NCBI GenBank assembly: GCA_963662285.2
Contig: CAXXMV010000008.1
Location: 704,001-768,000, forward strand
DNA from: a bacterium
GTDB taxonomy: Bacteria > Hinthialibacterota > Hinthialibacteria > Hinthialibacterales > Hinthialibacteraceae
Direction of reading: 5' to 3'
DNA: 64,000 nucleotides
Positions within the stretch are counted from its first letter, which is position 1, and every line of letters begins with the position of its first letter. Below the pieces are notes generated by a model. It worked only from the letters and a program-made list of their open reading frames with translations, was not told the DNA's origin and made no database searches. The translations under genes and the position numbers were made by a program. Positions 31,789-41,755 of this stretch are shown piece by piece.

Positions 31789-32067
31789 TTAATGACTTTG
31801 CCAATTTTGCACATTGGTTGTACCGCGTGTGATTTTCCTCTCCAGGAGATTTCCTGCAGAATCGTAGGTGTAAAGGATCTGGAGATCGTCCCGATAGATG
31901 ACTTTGAGCAGACGACCCGCAGAATCGTATTGATATGAGATAGTGTGGATCGATTCTGATTCAGTGAGTGGCATTTGCGCTGAGAGCAAATCAGGAAATA
32001 GAGTTAAAAAGAGAATGAGAACTGCAATTCCAACAAATATCAACATTCGCATCCATCGGGCATACAT
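31789..32067 (-). CDS. Small secreted YD-repeat protein
   Basis: GGAGGAGG RBS; hydrophobic signal; YQYDSAGRL…YTYDSAGNL; ends TTNVQNWQSH. Confidence 0.8.
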   Translation of the reverse strand: MYARWMRMLIFVGIAVLILFLTLFPDLLSAQMPLTESESIHTISYQYDSAGRLLKVIYRDDLQILYTYDSAGNLLERKITRGTTNVQNWQSH

Positions 32068-32245
32068 GTTAATCCTCCTCCTTCTTCTTGTAATCGCCTA
32101 AACAAAAAGTGATCTAACTAATCTTTTTTCTTCATCGATTTAGGAATTGAAATTTTTTAACAGTTATTTCGCAAACTCTACGCCATATATTCAAATAGTC
32201 TATTTTCAAAAAATGGCTGAAAAACCATTGATGTGGTATTCGGAA

Positions 32246-32295
32246 TGAGAATAATTGAGAATAATTGAGAATAATTGAGAATAATTGAGAATGAT
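32246..32295 (+). repeat. 10-bp tandem repeat, about 5 copies of TGAGAATAAT
   Basis: Four perfect copies plus one degenerate copy (TGAGAATGAT). Confidence 0.9.
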
Positions 32296-32403
32296 TTATC
32301 ATGATTTACCCTTCAACATGATTACCATTCAGGGAAGCAAACGTAGAAAACCGCCTTAGAAGAAGCAATTCCCAACTGGGTAATTCTAAGTGTAATAAAT
32401 TTA

Positions 32404-33794
32404 GGTTCTATAAAGAAATCTGTGGGTGAATGATAGCAAAAATACTTCGAATAGTAGAGGTATAAAAAAGACATCCGGTCTCTTATCCTGAAAGAATGAA
32501 ATCAGCGAAAAATCATCAACCAGGAGGAAACCGGATGGATGTCATTAGAATCCTCAATCGTGTTCATAAAATCAAGGGGTATGTATATGCTTCTAGCAAA
32601 TTTGGTGAATGGAATGGTAAAACATCCATAGAGGTAAAAGTCCGTGCTCATGTCAAAAGCCGCCCGATATGTTCATGCTGCGGAGAAAAAGGATCAGGTT
32701 ATGACAGATTAGATGCGCGCCGATTTGAGTTTATCCCGATATGGGGATTAACCGTATTCCTGATCTATGCCATGCGCCGCGTGAATTGTCACCGCTGTGG
32801 AGTGAAAGTTGAAAAGGTACCTTGGGCCGATGGTAAACATGAATTAACGCATATCTATCAATGGTTCTTGGCGAGCTGGGCCAAGCGGATGAGTTGGAGC
32901 CAAGTGGCGGAAGCATTTCAAACAAGTTGGTACAATGTTTTTCATTCGGTTGAACGGGCGGTAGAATGGGGCCGCCAGCATGTGAACCTGGAAGGAATCA
33001 CCGCCATTGGAATCGATGAAATGCAATGGGGCGGCGGCCATCAGTATGTGACAGTGGTATATCAAATCAATGAGAATTGCAAACGGCTGCTGTGGATCGG
33101 GGAAAAAAGAAAGATCAAAACACTGTTGAAATTCTTCAGATGGTTCGGGGAAGAGCGTTCAAAAAAATTGGAATTTGTGTGCAGTGATATGTGGAAAGCT
33201 TATCTCAAAGTCATTCGCAAAAAAGCCAAAAGCGCGCTGAATGTATTGGATCGGTTTCACATCATGGCTCATATGAACAAAGCCATAGATCAAGTCCGCG
33301 CTGGAGAATCCCGTGAATTGAAGGCCAAGGGATTAGAACCGGTATTAAAAGGAAGTCGCTGGTGGTTTCTGAAACGCCCGGATAATTTGACAGTCAAGCA
33401 GGTCGATAAATTAGCCAACGTGGTTCGATATAATCTGCGCACGGTGAGAAGTTATCTTCTCAAAGAGGAATTTCAATTTTTCTGGGAATATAAATCAGCA
33501 TGGTGGGCTGGACGCTTCATGGATCAGTGGTGTACTAAAACCATGCGCTCGCGAATCGAACCAATGAAGAAAGTGGCCAAGATGCTGCGCAACCATCGCG
33601 AACTGATTTTGAACTGGTTTCGGGCGAAAAAGGAGTTTTCTTCTGGAGTGGTGGAAGGCTTAAACAACAAGGCCAAAGTGACTACCAAAATGGCGTACGG
33701 TTTTCGAACCTACAAAGCGCTGGAAATCGCCTTATATCATACACTTGGCGATTTACCAGAACCAAATTTCACCCACAGATTTTTTTGAAGAGGC
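32404..33794 (+). mobile_element. ISL3-family insertion sequence, intact
   Basis: Terminal IRs GGTTCTATAAAGAAATCTGTGGGTGAA / GCCTCTTCAAAAAAATCTGTGGGTGAA; 8-bp TSD TAAATTTA at 32396-32403 and 33795-33802. Confidence 0.93.
32535..33788 (+). CDS. ISL3 transposase
   Basis: CSCC…CHRC zinc finger, GIDE, SDMWKAY, DRFH, VEGLNNKAK…AYGFR; AGGAGG RBS before MDVIR. Confidence 0.95.
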   Translation: MDVIRILNRVHKIKGYVYASSKFGEWNGKTSIEVKVRAHVKSRPICSCCGEKGSGYDRLDARRFEFIPIWGLTVFLIYAMRRVNCHRCGVKVEKVPWADGKHELTHIYQWFLASWAKRMSWSQVAEAFQTSWYNVFHSVERAVEWGRQHVNLEGITAIGIDEMQWGGGHQYVTVVYQINENCKRLLWIGEKRKIKTLLKFFRWFGEERSKKLEFVCSDMWKAYLKVIRKKAKSALNVLDRFHIMAHMNKAIDQVRAGESRELKAKGLEPVLKGSRWWFLKRPDNLTVKQVDKLANVVRYNLRTVRSYLLKEEFQFFWEYKSAWWAGRFMDQWCTKTMRSRIEPMKKVAKMLRNHRELILNWFRAKKEFSSGVVEGLNNKAKVTTKMAYGFRTYKALEIALYHTLGDLPEPNFTHRFF

Positions 33795-33845
33795 TAAATT
33801 TATAAACACAAAAAGAGAATAATGTCAACTGCACATTGGGAAAAA

Positions 33846-34235
33846 GTAACGATTTAGTTGTTTGAAACCCGGGGAGGTGGAAGAGGGGGCATTTGACCGG
33901 TCTTGATGGCGGTTTTCAGCGCGTCCACCACGACGTCCAATGGATTGTAGCCACGGCGTTTGAGTGTGCGAAAAACCGTCATCAGAACGGACTGCGTTTT
34001 CGTTTTCGCTCCCGCTTCGCTTTGGTTTCCCTATATCATCTTGCGCATAATGACCGCCGGGCGAATTTCCCGTTCGCCGTGATTGTTGTCATCCCCAGCC
34101 CATCGTGCCAATGGCCTGACAGAGCCAACACCCGGTTTCCCAGGATTGCGTTGGACAAAGCGTCTTCGACTTTCAGTTCCACCAGTTTTTGGCAATGCGG
34201 GCAATAATAGCGTGGAATTTCGTGTTCGGTGACAG
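33846..34235 (-). mobile_element. IS66-family remnant with large internal deletion
   Basis: GTAA terminus at 33846. Translation joins VTEHEIPRYYCPHCQKLVE to the C-terminal DNNHGEREIRPAVIMRK…QSVLMTVFRTLKRRG, with a stop and a frameshift. Confidence 0.75.
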
Positions 34236-34342
34236 CATACTACGCTCTATTACTCTGTTTTTCGATTTGCGATGCATGCGTATTGCTTGCGCAGGATTTT
34301 TTAGGCTGGAGATATTTATTCATAACACAAGTAAAATCAACA

Positions 34343-34387
34343 CGCGCCGGAAGGGACTCGAACCCCCAACCGCCTGATCCGAAGTCA
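34343..34387 (-). tRNA. 3' half of tRNA-Arg(TCG), partial; probable att site
   Basis: TGA-CTTCGGA-TCAGG anticodon arm, GGGGG-TTCGAGT-CCCTT T arm, CCGGCGC-G acceptor strand; no D arm or 5' acceptor strand upstream. Confidence 0.8.
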
Positions 34388-34576
34388 TAACAGGGTTCCA
34401 ATGCAACCAGTTGCAACCTGCTGAACCGAATCTATGGAAAAAAGTATGGAAAAATAACATCAACGAATATAATCTGTGTGTGGCTGTCAACCGTGTATCG
34501 AACCAGCAAATTTGAATAGCTGAGTTTCCTTCTTTCGTTCACTTATTATTGATTCAAATACGTTTATCAGGGATAA

Positions 34577-35647
34577 CTATTTTAGCATTGTTGGATGAAT
34601 CATAGTATTAGCGTATTGTTTCCCATGTTTTATAAGGAATGGAACAGCTTCCAGATTATCCAATGCCAGTCCATAGCGCGAGTAATGCAGCAATTCCTTC
34701 ATCTCGGTTTCTTGAAATATTTTGTTGAATCGGTAATAAGAAAATTGTTTTGTGGATCGTTCTTCCGGCTTAATTAAATCACCGATTTCTGAGTCGATGC
34801 ACTCACCAAACCGACAATCCCCAATCACCCTGCATATGACATCTTGTTCAACCTTAATCGAATCTAGGATCGCTAAGGGAATTGCCTTGGCATGATCGAG
34901 TACATTCATACGATCCACTGGTTTCCTTCCGTACGGTTCTCGAGTTCGGCCACAACCAACTGAATAAAGAACCAGTTGGTCCACCCCTTTGGCAAATTCG
35001 ATACCATACTCTGGCAGTGTGGCCATGAGATAGGCAATAAAAGATGGATTCAAATAAGGACTGATACCTCCATCTATAAATGCAAACGAACTAGAACCAA
35101 GATCGACTCGTTGAGCGGGAAAATATGTTGGAGCCGCAGAACTGGCGCGCAATAGCTGCCAGAGTGGGATTTTCAGATTGCAATCGGGAAGATCCAGATG
35201 ATTGAATTTTGCGCTAGGACAGTTACTGATAGGCCAGGGAGAACCCGTAGATGCATTTCGAGTGACGACGATAAGCAGCGTACGCAATCGTGAACTCCCC
35301 AGCATAGCGAATTGTCCGTTTTCTTCCCGGAAAATGTTTTGGAGTTCTCGGCTGAGTTCATCCGTGCGAAATTTATATTTCCACCGGTTTTTCCAGGAAG
35401 ACCGAAAAATATTCGTCAAATGCGTTTGGCAAAAATCATGGATGTTTTCTACGGTATATCCCCAAGATAATAACGTTCCGATAATCGCCCCGACACTCGT
35501 CCCAGCAATCAGATCGAAATAATCACCCAATTTCATATTTGGGCGTTCGGGAAAACGTTCCTGGAGTAACGTTTCCATTCTCTTCAATATTTGAAGAGAA
35601 AACAAACCACGTACTCCACCTCCATCTAAACTTAGTATGCGTTTCAT
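34577..35647 (-). CDS. Patatin-like phospholipase
   Basis: LSLDGGGVRG oxyanion loop, GTSVG nucleophile, ASSAAPTYF, DGG. Confidence 0.93.
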   Translation of the reverse strand: MKRILSLDGGGVRGLFSLQILKRMETLLQERFPERPNMKLGDYFDLIAGTSVGAIIGTLLSWGYTVENIHDFCQTHLTNIFRSSWKNRWKYKFRTDELSRELQNIFREENGQFAMLGSSRLRTLLIVVTRNASTGSPWPISNCPSAKFNHLDLPDCNLKIPLWQLLRASSAAPTYFPAQRVDLGSSSFAFIDGGISPYLNPSFIAYLMATLPEYGIEFAKGVDQLVLYSVGCGRTREPYGRKPVDRMNVLDHAKAIPLAILDSIKVEQDVICRVIGDCRFGECIDSEIGDLIKPEERSTKQFSYYRFNKIFQETEMKELLHYSRYGLALDNLEAVPFLIKHGKQYANTMIHPTMLK

Positions 35648-35684
35648 CTTGGTAAAATCCTGAATATGTGCATATTTCTCTTTA

Positions 35685-37793
35685 TCACTCTTCCATAGGA
35701 TTAGTGTAATGACGAATTAATTCTCCCCAGATTGGATGATTTTGATGTAGCATTAATTTTTCTGTTATCTCAAAACATTGTTTGGAAGAGATTTTCTTCA
35801 CATGTAGATTTTCATCTATTTCATATCCACTTAAGTGCTTCGCAAGGAGTCTTAACGGTTTAACATCCATTTTTTGGCTAGAATAATCAAAATTTAAAAA
35901 GTGCCAGAAACGAGCGACACCACCTGAAAGGGTCATTAGCCAGCGACCATCCGGACTGAATTCCGCTGATTGAACAAAATCTTCATGCTGTATGGGGACA
36001 CTCACTGGTTTGCTTGTTGCCACTTCCCAAATTCGCGCGGTTTTATCTTTTGATGCAGTCACTACCCAACGCCCATCTGGACTGAATTTCGCAGACCAGA
36101 CTTCATCTTCATGCTTCAAGGGCTGATTTAAAGAAATCCCTGTTTTTGCATCCCAAACCTGTGCGGTTTTATCCAAGGAAGCGGTAACAATCCAGCGGCC
36201 ATCCGGACTAAATTCAGCTGAATTTACTGTACCATCATGCCTCATTAGATCACTCACTGGTTTTCCTGTAGCTGCATCCCAAACCTGAGCGGTTTTATCA
36301 AAGGAAGAGGTAACTACCCAGCGGCCATCCGGACTGAATTTCGCTGAAGTAATATCATAATACTGATGATTCATAAAACTACTTACAATATTGCCTTTAG
36401 CCACATCCCAGACTATTTCTCTTATATCATAAATGGTGGTTAGTATCCAACAGCTATCTGGACTAAACTCTGCTGATGTTACATCAAAACCAATCGGTTT
36501 GTGCTTTTTTACTGATTCATCAATGGCTATCTCCCATAATAACGCTAGACCCTTTCCATTTGACAGAGGCGTCATATCCTCTGAAATAGTCAACAAAAAG
36601 TGTCCATCCGGACTGAATGCCGCTGAATTTACTTTACCATAATGCCTCATCGGCTCAATCACGAGTTTACCTGTGGCGGCCTCCCATATCCGTGTTGTTT
36701 TATCATCTGATGCGGTCACTACCCATCGCCCATCCGGACTGAATGCCGCTGAATTTATTTTATCATCATGCTTCATCTGCTCACCAACTGGTTTAGCAGT
36801 GGCGGCTTCGTAAACACACACCGTATTAACACCAGAAGTACTCACTACCCAACGGCTATCTGGGCTAAATTTCGCGGAAGTTACAGGCTTTTCATGTTTT
36901 ACTTTAGAAACCAATCTTACCCATGGACACTGATTCAGAAGAGTAAACATGCGGACTCGGGCTGTTATAAATTCCGCATCTAAGTTTAAGGCATAATCTA
37001 AATAGGCCAGCGCGGTATCGGGACGATCTTGTTCAATCTTCTCACAAGCTATATAGAAGAATGTTTTAGCGGCATTTTTTCTTATCGTCTGTTCCGCTCT
37101 TTGCCCTTTTCCCCATTGGACATAACTATAAGCGGCTAGTCCCGAGATGATAGTGAAAAACAGAACAGAAATAAAACTGGCCAGAATGGCTTGTCTTCGT
37201 CTGCGCTGTTTGTCCCGCTGTATGAATAAGTCAAAACCAATGCCTGTTATTCCCGCAACAATTTTAATAAAAGCATTTCGTCTTCCATCTTTTCCCTCTC
37301 GCACATCGGCGGCGATCGGTTCGGTTCGAATCACACTCATACTGCCGTCGTCATTTAACCGATACCGCAACGCTTCAGGAAAGCATTCTACCATGTCACC
37401 CGGTAGTTTATCGAATGCATTGGGTTCGCCAGCAACAATCAAACACAGTACACGGTTCTCTCATCCCAACGATTTAAAATACTGAATCTCTTCATTAACC
37501 CAAATTGATTTTGCCGAATGTGAAGAGCAGATCACAATCAAAAAACGGGATTGTTGCAATGCATCATGAATACATTCACCGAGGTCGGAGGATGTAGGTA
37601 ACTCCTCCCGATCCCGAAAAACAGGTAAAAGCCGCTTCGGGATCGTTGCACCTCGAAGTTCCTGCCCAACAAACTGATTGGGGATTCGGTACGTTTCCAA
37701 GAATCGATGAAGTTTCTTGCCCCAATTCGCATCCATATGGCTATAACTAATGAAAGCCCAGTATTTATAGTTGTTTGTTTGTGTATCGTTCAC
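35685..37793 (-). pseudogene. TIR-TM-TPR-WD40 receptor split by one in-frame TGA (37461-37463)
   Basis: TIR AFISYSH…FRDREEL…WVNEEI continues in frame as YFKSLG*ENRVLCLIVAGEP; then a TM helix and many FSPDGRWVVTAS-DKTA WD40 repeats. Confidence 0.85.
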
Positions 37794-38119
37794 AATCGAA
37801 ACAAAACACTCCCTTTCAATAGAAAATAATGAAAGCCAAATACGTAAAAAACGGACACTCTTGAACTCAAGTTAGTTTTTAATCAAAACCAAAAAACGGA
37901 AATGGAGCTCAGCATGGTTTATTCTGCCTGTCTTTTTTCTCAAATTCTATCCCTTATTACCCACTTGTTATTCTAATACATCGTTCATTAGTTTCATGGG
38001 AACCATTAGGTCAAGAATTTCTCCTTCTTGGATCAACACGTCTTCATGCTCTTCTGCCAACTCGGTCAGATGCAGCCTCTCCAGAAAGCCTGTCATATTT
38101 CTTCATCACTTTTTCAAGG

Positions 38120-38624
38120 AAGATCCGTTTGGAACGCTTCCAGCCCACTATAAGGCACCTCTTACCATGTCCCCCGCAACAATCCAAGATCAGCCACAAA
38201 CTTATCGCGACAATGTTTTAATGAGTTTTCAGCCTTTCGCTAAAACTAATCGATTCCCCATAGGGATGAAAAGCCCGGATTCTTCCCTAACTTTTAGCAT
38301 CAGATAAAATTCCCGCTCGGTACCGGAACAGAATTCAGAATGATACTTATCCTCTTTTTTGATCAAAGGCCCCACCGCTGATCCCTGCCGAAACCACAGA
38401 ATGAACACGGCGATATCGATTTGATAGTTCTCATTTGTTAGTTCTAGGCCGTTCATCTGCTGAAAAGAAATAATCCCAGACAAAGGCAAGTCCTCCCTAA
38501 GCACGGGCGCCAGTTACAGTTTCCCTGCATATCGCTTTTGCAGCAGTTCAATCACGCTCCGCGTTTTCTCCCGCTCTTTTCGGACATCACCTAGCTAGGA
38601 AATTAATAAGCGGATTGTCTTCCT
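38120..38624 (-). pseudogene. Decayed DUF4062/TIR-like plus nSTAND1-type NTPase gene
   Basis: After an AGGAGG RBS: RKTIRLLIS*LGDVRKERE…L*LAPVLREDLPL…IDIAVFILW…SGTEREF, then EVPYSGLEAFQ (PYxGLxxF, the pre-STAND motif); several stops. Confidence 0.7.
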
Positions 38625-38689
38625 AATTCCTCCTTGGAATTATAGAAAATCATGATTATCTCAAGACTCTAATCCATTGAAAAATATTG

Positions 38690-40108
38690 TTATTCTATTG
38701 CTTGCAAAACCGCTAATGGGATAACAACACAAAGCCTACTGTCTGCAAATGGATATTCCAAGAATCGTAAAAATAACTCGTTTTCGACAATACTTTGATA
38801 ATATGCCACCGCAGCGACATAATCTCCATCTAACTCACTCATCAATCCTTTTACAGTATACCAAACGCACATTTTGTTTGGAGAAGAGTTACTTTTCTCG
38901 TTCACGGCGCATGGTTCTTGATGGTTGCATACCGCATCAAGAATCCATTGCCATTCCTGAGGGAATACTTCTTTTTGTAATTGTACAATATATTTATGAT
39001 ATTTATCATTCCTTCCCAGTATTCTATAGATCAGAGATAGGTAGACTTTGGCGCATACGACATTTTCACTATTCCATGCATTAGATTGACAAATTTTTTC
39101 AAGTTCTATTTCCGCTTCATTCCAATATTCCATTATCATGAGTTGAATTGCTTTCATTATGAGACAATCGATATCTTGAGGCGTAATTTTTCTCATTCGA
39201 TCACATAAAAAAATACATCTCTCATAATCGCCCTGAAAGACAAATGCGTCAACCAGTTCTTTCTCAATTCGCGCATACTCGCTCCAACGATATGATTGAT
39301 TCGCTTCCTGCAAAATTTTTTGGAAATGAATGTCATTGTTGATTGTCCAATTCATCAAAAGCAAAGGTATGGAACCGGTGATCGTAGGATTTTCATTACT
39401 CACCGCTTCTCTCATCATCTCTATTCCTCTTTCTTTTTCATTTTGTTGAAAAAGTGAAAAACCTGCGCATGCCTTAAGCAAGCAATACTCGTAATGAGTA
39501 GTAGAGGAATGCAAATACTGATTTATTTGATGCGGGTTACTTATAATTGGAATGATTCTTTCAACATACAACCTGCTTTCTTCAGATTCTGGAAAAATGA
39601 ATAGAGAATGGATACGGTTCTCTGATAAATCATTGTTAGTGGACTTCAGCAATAGCATACCTTTGAGGAAACAAAAATAAGGATCATTAAAAACAAGATA
39701 TTGATCGATAAGTTGTAATGCTTGGTTTACCGCATCTGTCGCCGCCAACGATAAGATTCGCAATTTTAATAAATCATATGTGTATTGATAAAAGCCAAGT
39801 TCCTCGATGGATTCAATATACGATAATGAATCCTGATTGGGAATATTTTCTGTGGCCGTTAATACCAAATCGAATCGCCCGTAACGAAAGCAGACATGAC
39901 AATACTTAAAGCGAATAATTTCATCTTCAGGAATCGCGAGAATCAATTTTTCTCCCAGTTCCATAACACCTTGATAATCCGTTTCCGCAAAACGATCATG
40001 AAAGGAAGTGATCATTTCAGAAGTGATAGCGGTTTTTTCTCGATTGGCATGGGTAACCATTGCCAGCATAATCAAAATTGTAATATAGAAAAATCGTTTT
40101 AGAATCAT
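38690..40108 (-). CDS. Secreted TPR-like alpha-helical protein
   Basis: Signal peptide; TPR-like helical repeats; 4-bp overlap with the upstream gene. Confidence 0.7.
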   Translation of the reverse strand: MILKRFFYITILIMLAMVTHANREKTAITSEMITSFHDRFAETDYQGVMELGEKLILAIPEDEIIRFKYCHVCFRYGRFDLVLTATENIPNQDSLSYIESIEELGFYQYTYDLLKLRILSLAATDAVNQALQLIDQYLVFNDPYFCFLKGMLLLKSTNNDLSENRIHSLFIFPESEESRLYVERIIPIISNPHQINQYLHSSTTHYEYCLLKACAGFSLFQQNEKERGIEMMREAVSNENPTITGSIPLLLMNWTINNDIHFQKILQEANQSYRWSEYARIEKELVDAFVFQGDYERCIFLCDRMRKITPQDIDCLIMKAIQLMIMEYWNEAEIELEKICQSNAWNSENVVCAKVYLSLIYRILGRNDKYHKYIVQLQKEVFPQEWQWILDAVCNHQEPCAVNEKSNSSPNKMCVWYTVKGLMSELDGDYVAAVAYYQSIVENELFLRFLEYPFADSRLCVVIPLAVLQAIE

Positions 40109-41148
40109 TGTTTTATTTGGTATATCATTGGGATTTGATTTCTAATGTTCTGTTTATCCAATTCATGAATAGCACCTTGTTCAGCGTAATTTGGGGTGCT
40201 TGTTAAATCTAGTAACAACACATCTTGACCACGATGATGTAGGATCGTATCTCGCGGCATACGTTTATGCCACCCAACCAGCCCGTTAAACGCATGGCCC
40301 GGGATAATCAATATCATACTTTCAATTCCCTCAATACGAGATAACATAGTTGAAAAAAGAACGGCCTTAGTATCACAATCTCCCTTTCCACGAACCAATG
40401 TTTCCAAAGGGGGCCATAATCCATGAATCCAGCGCTGTCCATCATACATGGGAGGAATTTCATACTCCATCTGCTGAACGAAAGACATTAATGTTTGAAT
40501 ACATTCACTGGTTTTCATCGTTTCGGTAGACACTTGATCAATCCATTGCCTCATACAATCTTTCAAAAAAATTGAATGGATTGCGACAAAACCTGTATAA
40601 TCAATTTCAACTCGCTTGCCTTTTCTTACATAAAATCCTCTCGAAATATAAAACTCTTTTTCTAATTGACGACAACCTTCTAGAAATTTAAGTCGAATTG
40701 CGTCGTCGATATCATCCTGTTTACTTAAGTGAATCGGTCCTTTCTTTTGGATAATATGATCCACAATATTTCTCCATTCCGGTTGTTGTTTTAGCATTTC
40801 TGGCCAGTGTTGCTTGTAAAAATCACTACGACTTTCTGAATGGATACCTAAACGAATGGAAGATGAATACAGTGTATCGGCTTGGATTTGAAAGGAAATC
40901 TGTTTGCTTTTTCTGTTATAATCCAACCACAGATAGGTCACTGTAATTCCTGTCTCATCTACATTACGCTGAAATGTTCCAACAGCATTTGTCCATGCTT
41001 CATCTCCGAAATCCAGCTGAAACGAAAGATGCCGAGTAGGAAATCGGGGAAATTTTCCCCGGATGATTAAATGATATGCCATGCCGTAAGAGATAACCAA
41101 AACTACGATTAGTAGGCAGTTTATACGTATTTTATCGTAAGCGAACAT
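40105..41148 (-). CDS. Membrane-anchored transglutaminase-like (Cys-His-Asp) protein
   Basis: N-terminal TM; PLETLVRGKGDCDTKAVLF, PGHAFNG, LLDLT. Confidence 0.75.
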   Translation of the reverse strand: MFAYDKIRINCLLIVVLVISYGMAYHLIIRGKFPRFPTRHLSFQLDFGDEAWTNAVGTFQRNVDETGITVTYLWLDYNRKSKQISFQIQADTLYSSSIRLGIHSESRSDFYKQHWPEMLKQQPEWRNIVDHIIQKKGPIHLSKQDDIDDAIRLKFLEGCRQLEKEFYISRGFYVRKGKRVEIDYTGFVAIHSIFLKDCMRQWIDQVSTETMKTSECIQTLMSFVQQMEYEIPPMYDGQRWIHGLWPPLETLVRGKGDCDTKAVLFSTMLSRIEGIESMILIIPGHAFNGLVGWHKRMPRDTILHHRGQDVLLLDLTSTPNYAEQGAIHELDKQNIRNQIPMIYQIKQ

Positions 41149-41656
41149 CGTGAAAACCTGCAGGAGGAATCAAAGTATTTAATGCATCCGCCAATCCTGG
41201 ACGCACCATGATAGCAACAGTAATGACCACCGCTGCCAATAACAAAGCAATTGTCATATTGTTTTTTTTCAATTGTTCTTTTTCATTCAATTGTAGTGTA
41301 AGCATTTGAAACAACCAAAAGGACGCCTGAACAGTAAGGAATGAAAGAATATATGCAATAATGAAATAAATAAGAATATATCCTCCGGTTTTCACTGTAT
41401 TCACAAAATTAAAAAATTCATAAAGAAAAAGATTTTGTAGAATAGCTGACATTGGATACATGCACTTAGCCATTAATAGTCCAAAAGCAATCAGATTGGC
41501 TGCGTGGACAGTTGCCATGGCTGTGTTTCCCTTTTCCATATCATCTAATTGCAAACTGGTATTGATTCGAATGATGAATCGTAATGTACAAAAAACCACA
41601 AATAAGGAAAACAAGACGGAAAAAATAAAACAAACAATTCCCATGAATATAATCAT
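41132..41656 (-). CDS. DUF350-family membrane protein
   Basis: Four TM segments with duplicated (M/L)xKxNxA motifs. Confidence 0.75.
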   Translation of the reverse strand: MIIFMGIVCFIFSVLFSLFVVFCTLRFIIRINTSLQLDDMEKGNTAMATVHAANLIAFGLLMAKCMYPMSAILQNLFLYEFFNFVNTVKTGGYILIYFIIAYILSFLTVQASFWLFQMLTLQLNEKEQLKKNNMTIALLLAAVVITVAIMVRPGLADALNTLIPPAGFHDVRLR

Positions 41657-41755
41657 GTTATATCTCCTGTATGATGAATGAAAGAATATCTCATTTCAAT
41701 CCTCAATCCTTCTTTTCATTTTTATTCAAATCATATAAATATTGAATGTATATAA

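Noticed and set aside
32246-32295. CRISPR array
   Set aside because: Contiguous 10-bp units with no spacers and no cas genes.
34343-34420. Complete functional tRNA gene
   Set aside because: The 5' acceptor strand and D arm are absent.
25114-37463. Genome-wide TGA recoding, suggested by two in-frame TGAs
   Set aside because: TGA is the normal terminator of complete genes here (for example 2961, 33788, 57720, 61842) and long ORFs are not peppered with TGA.
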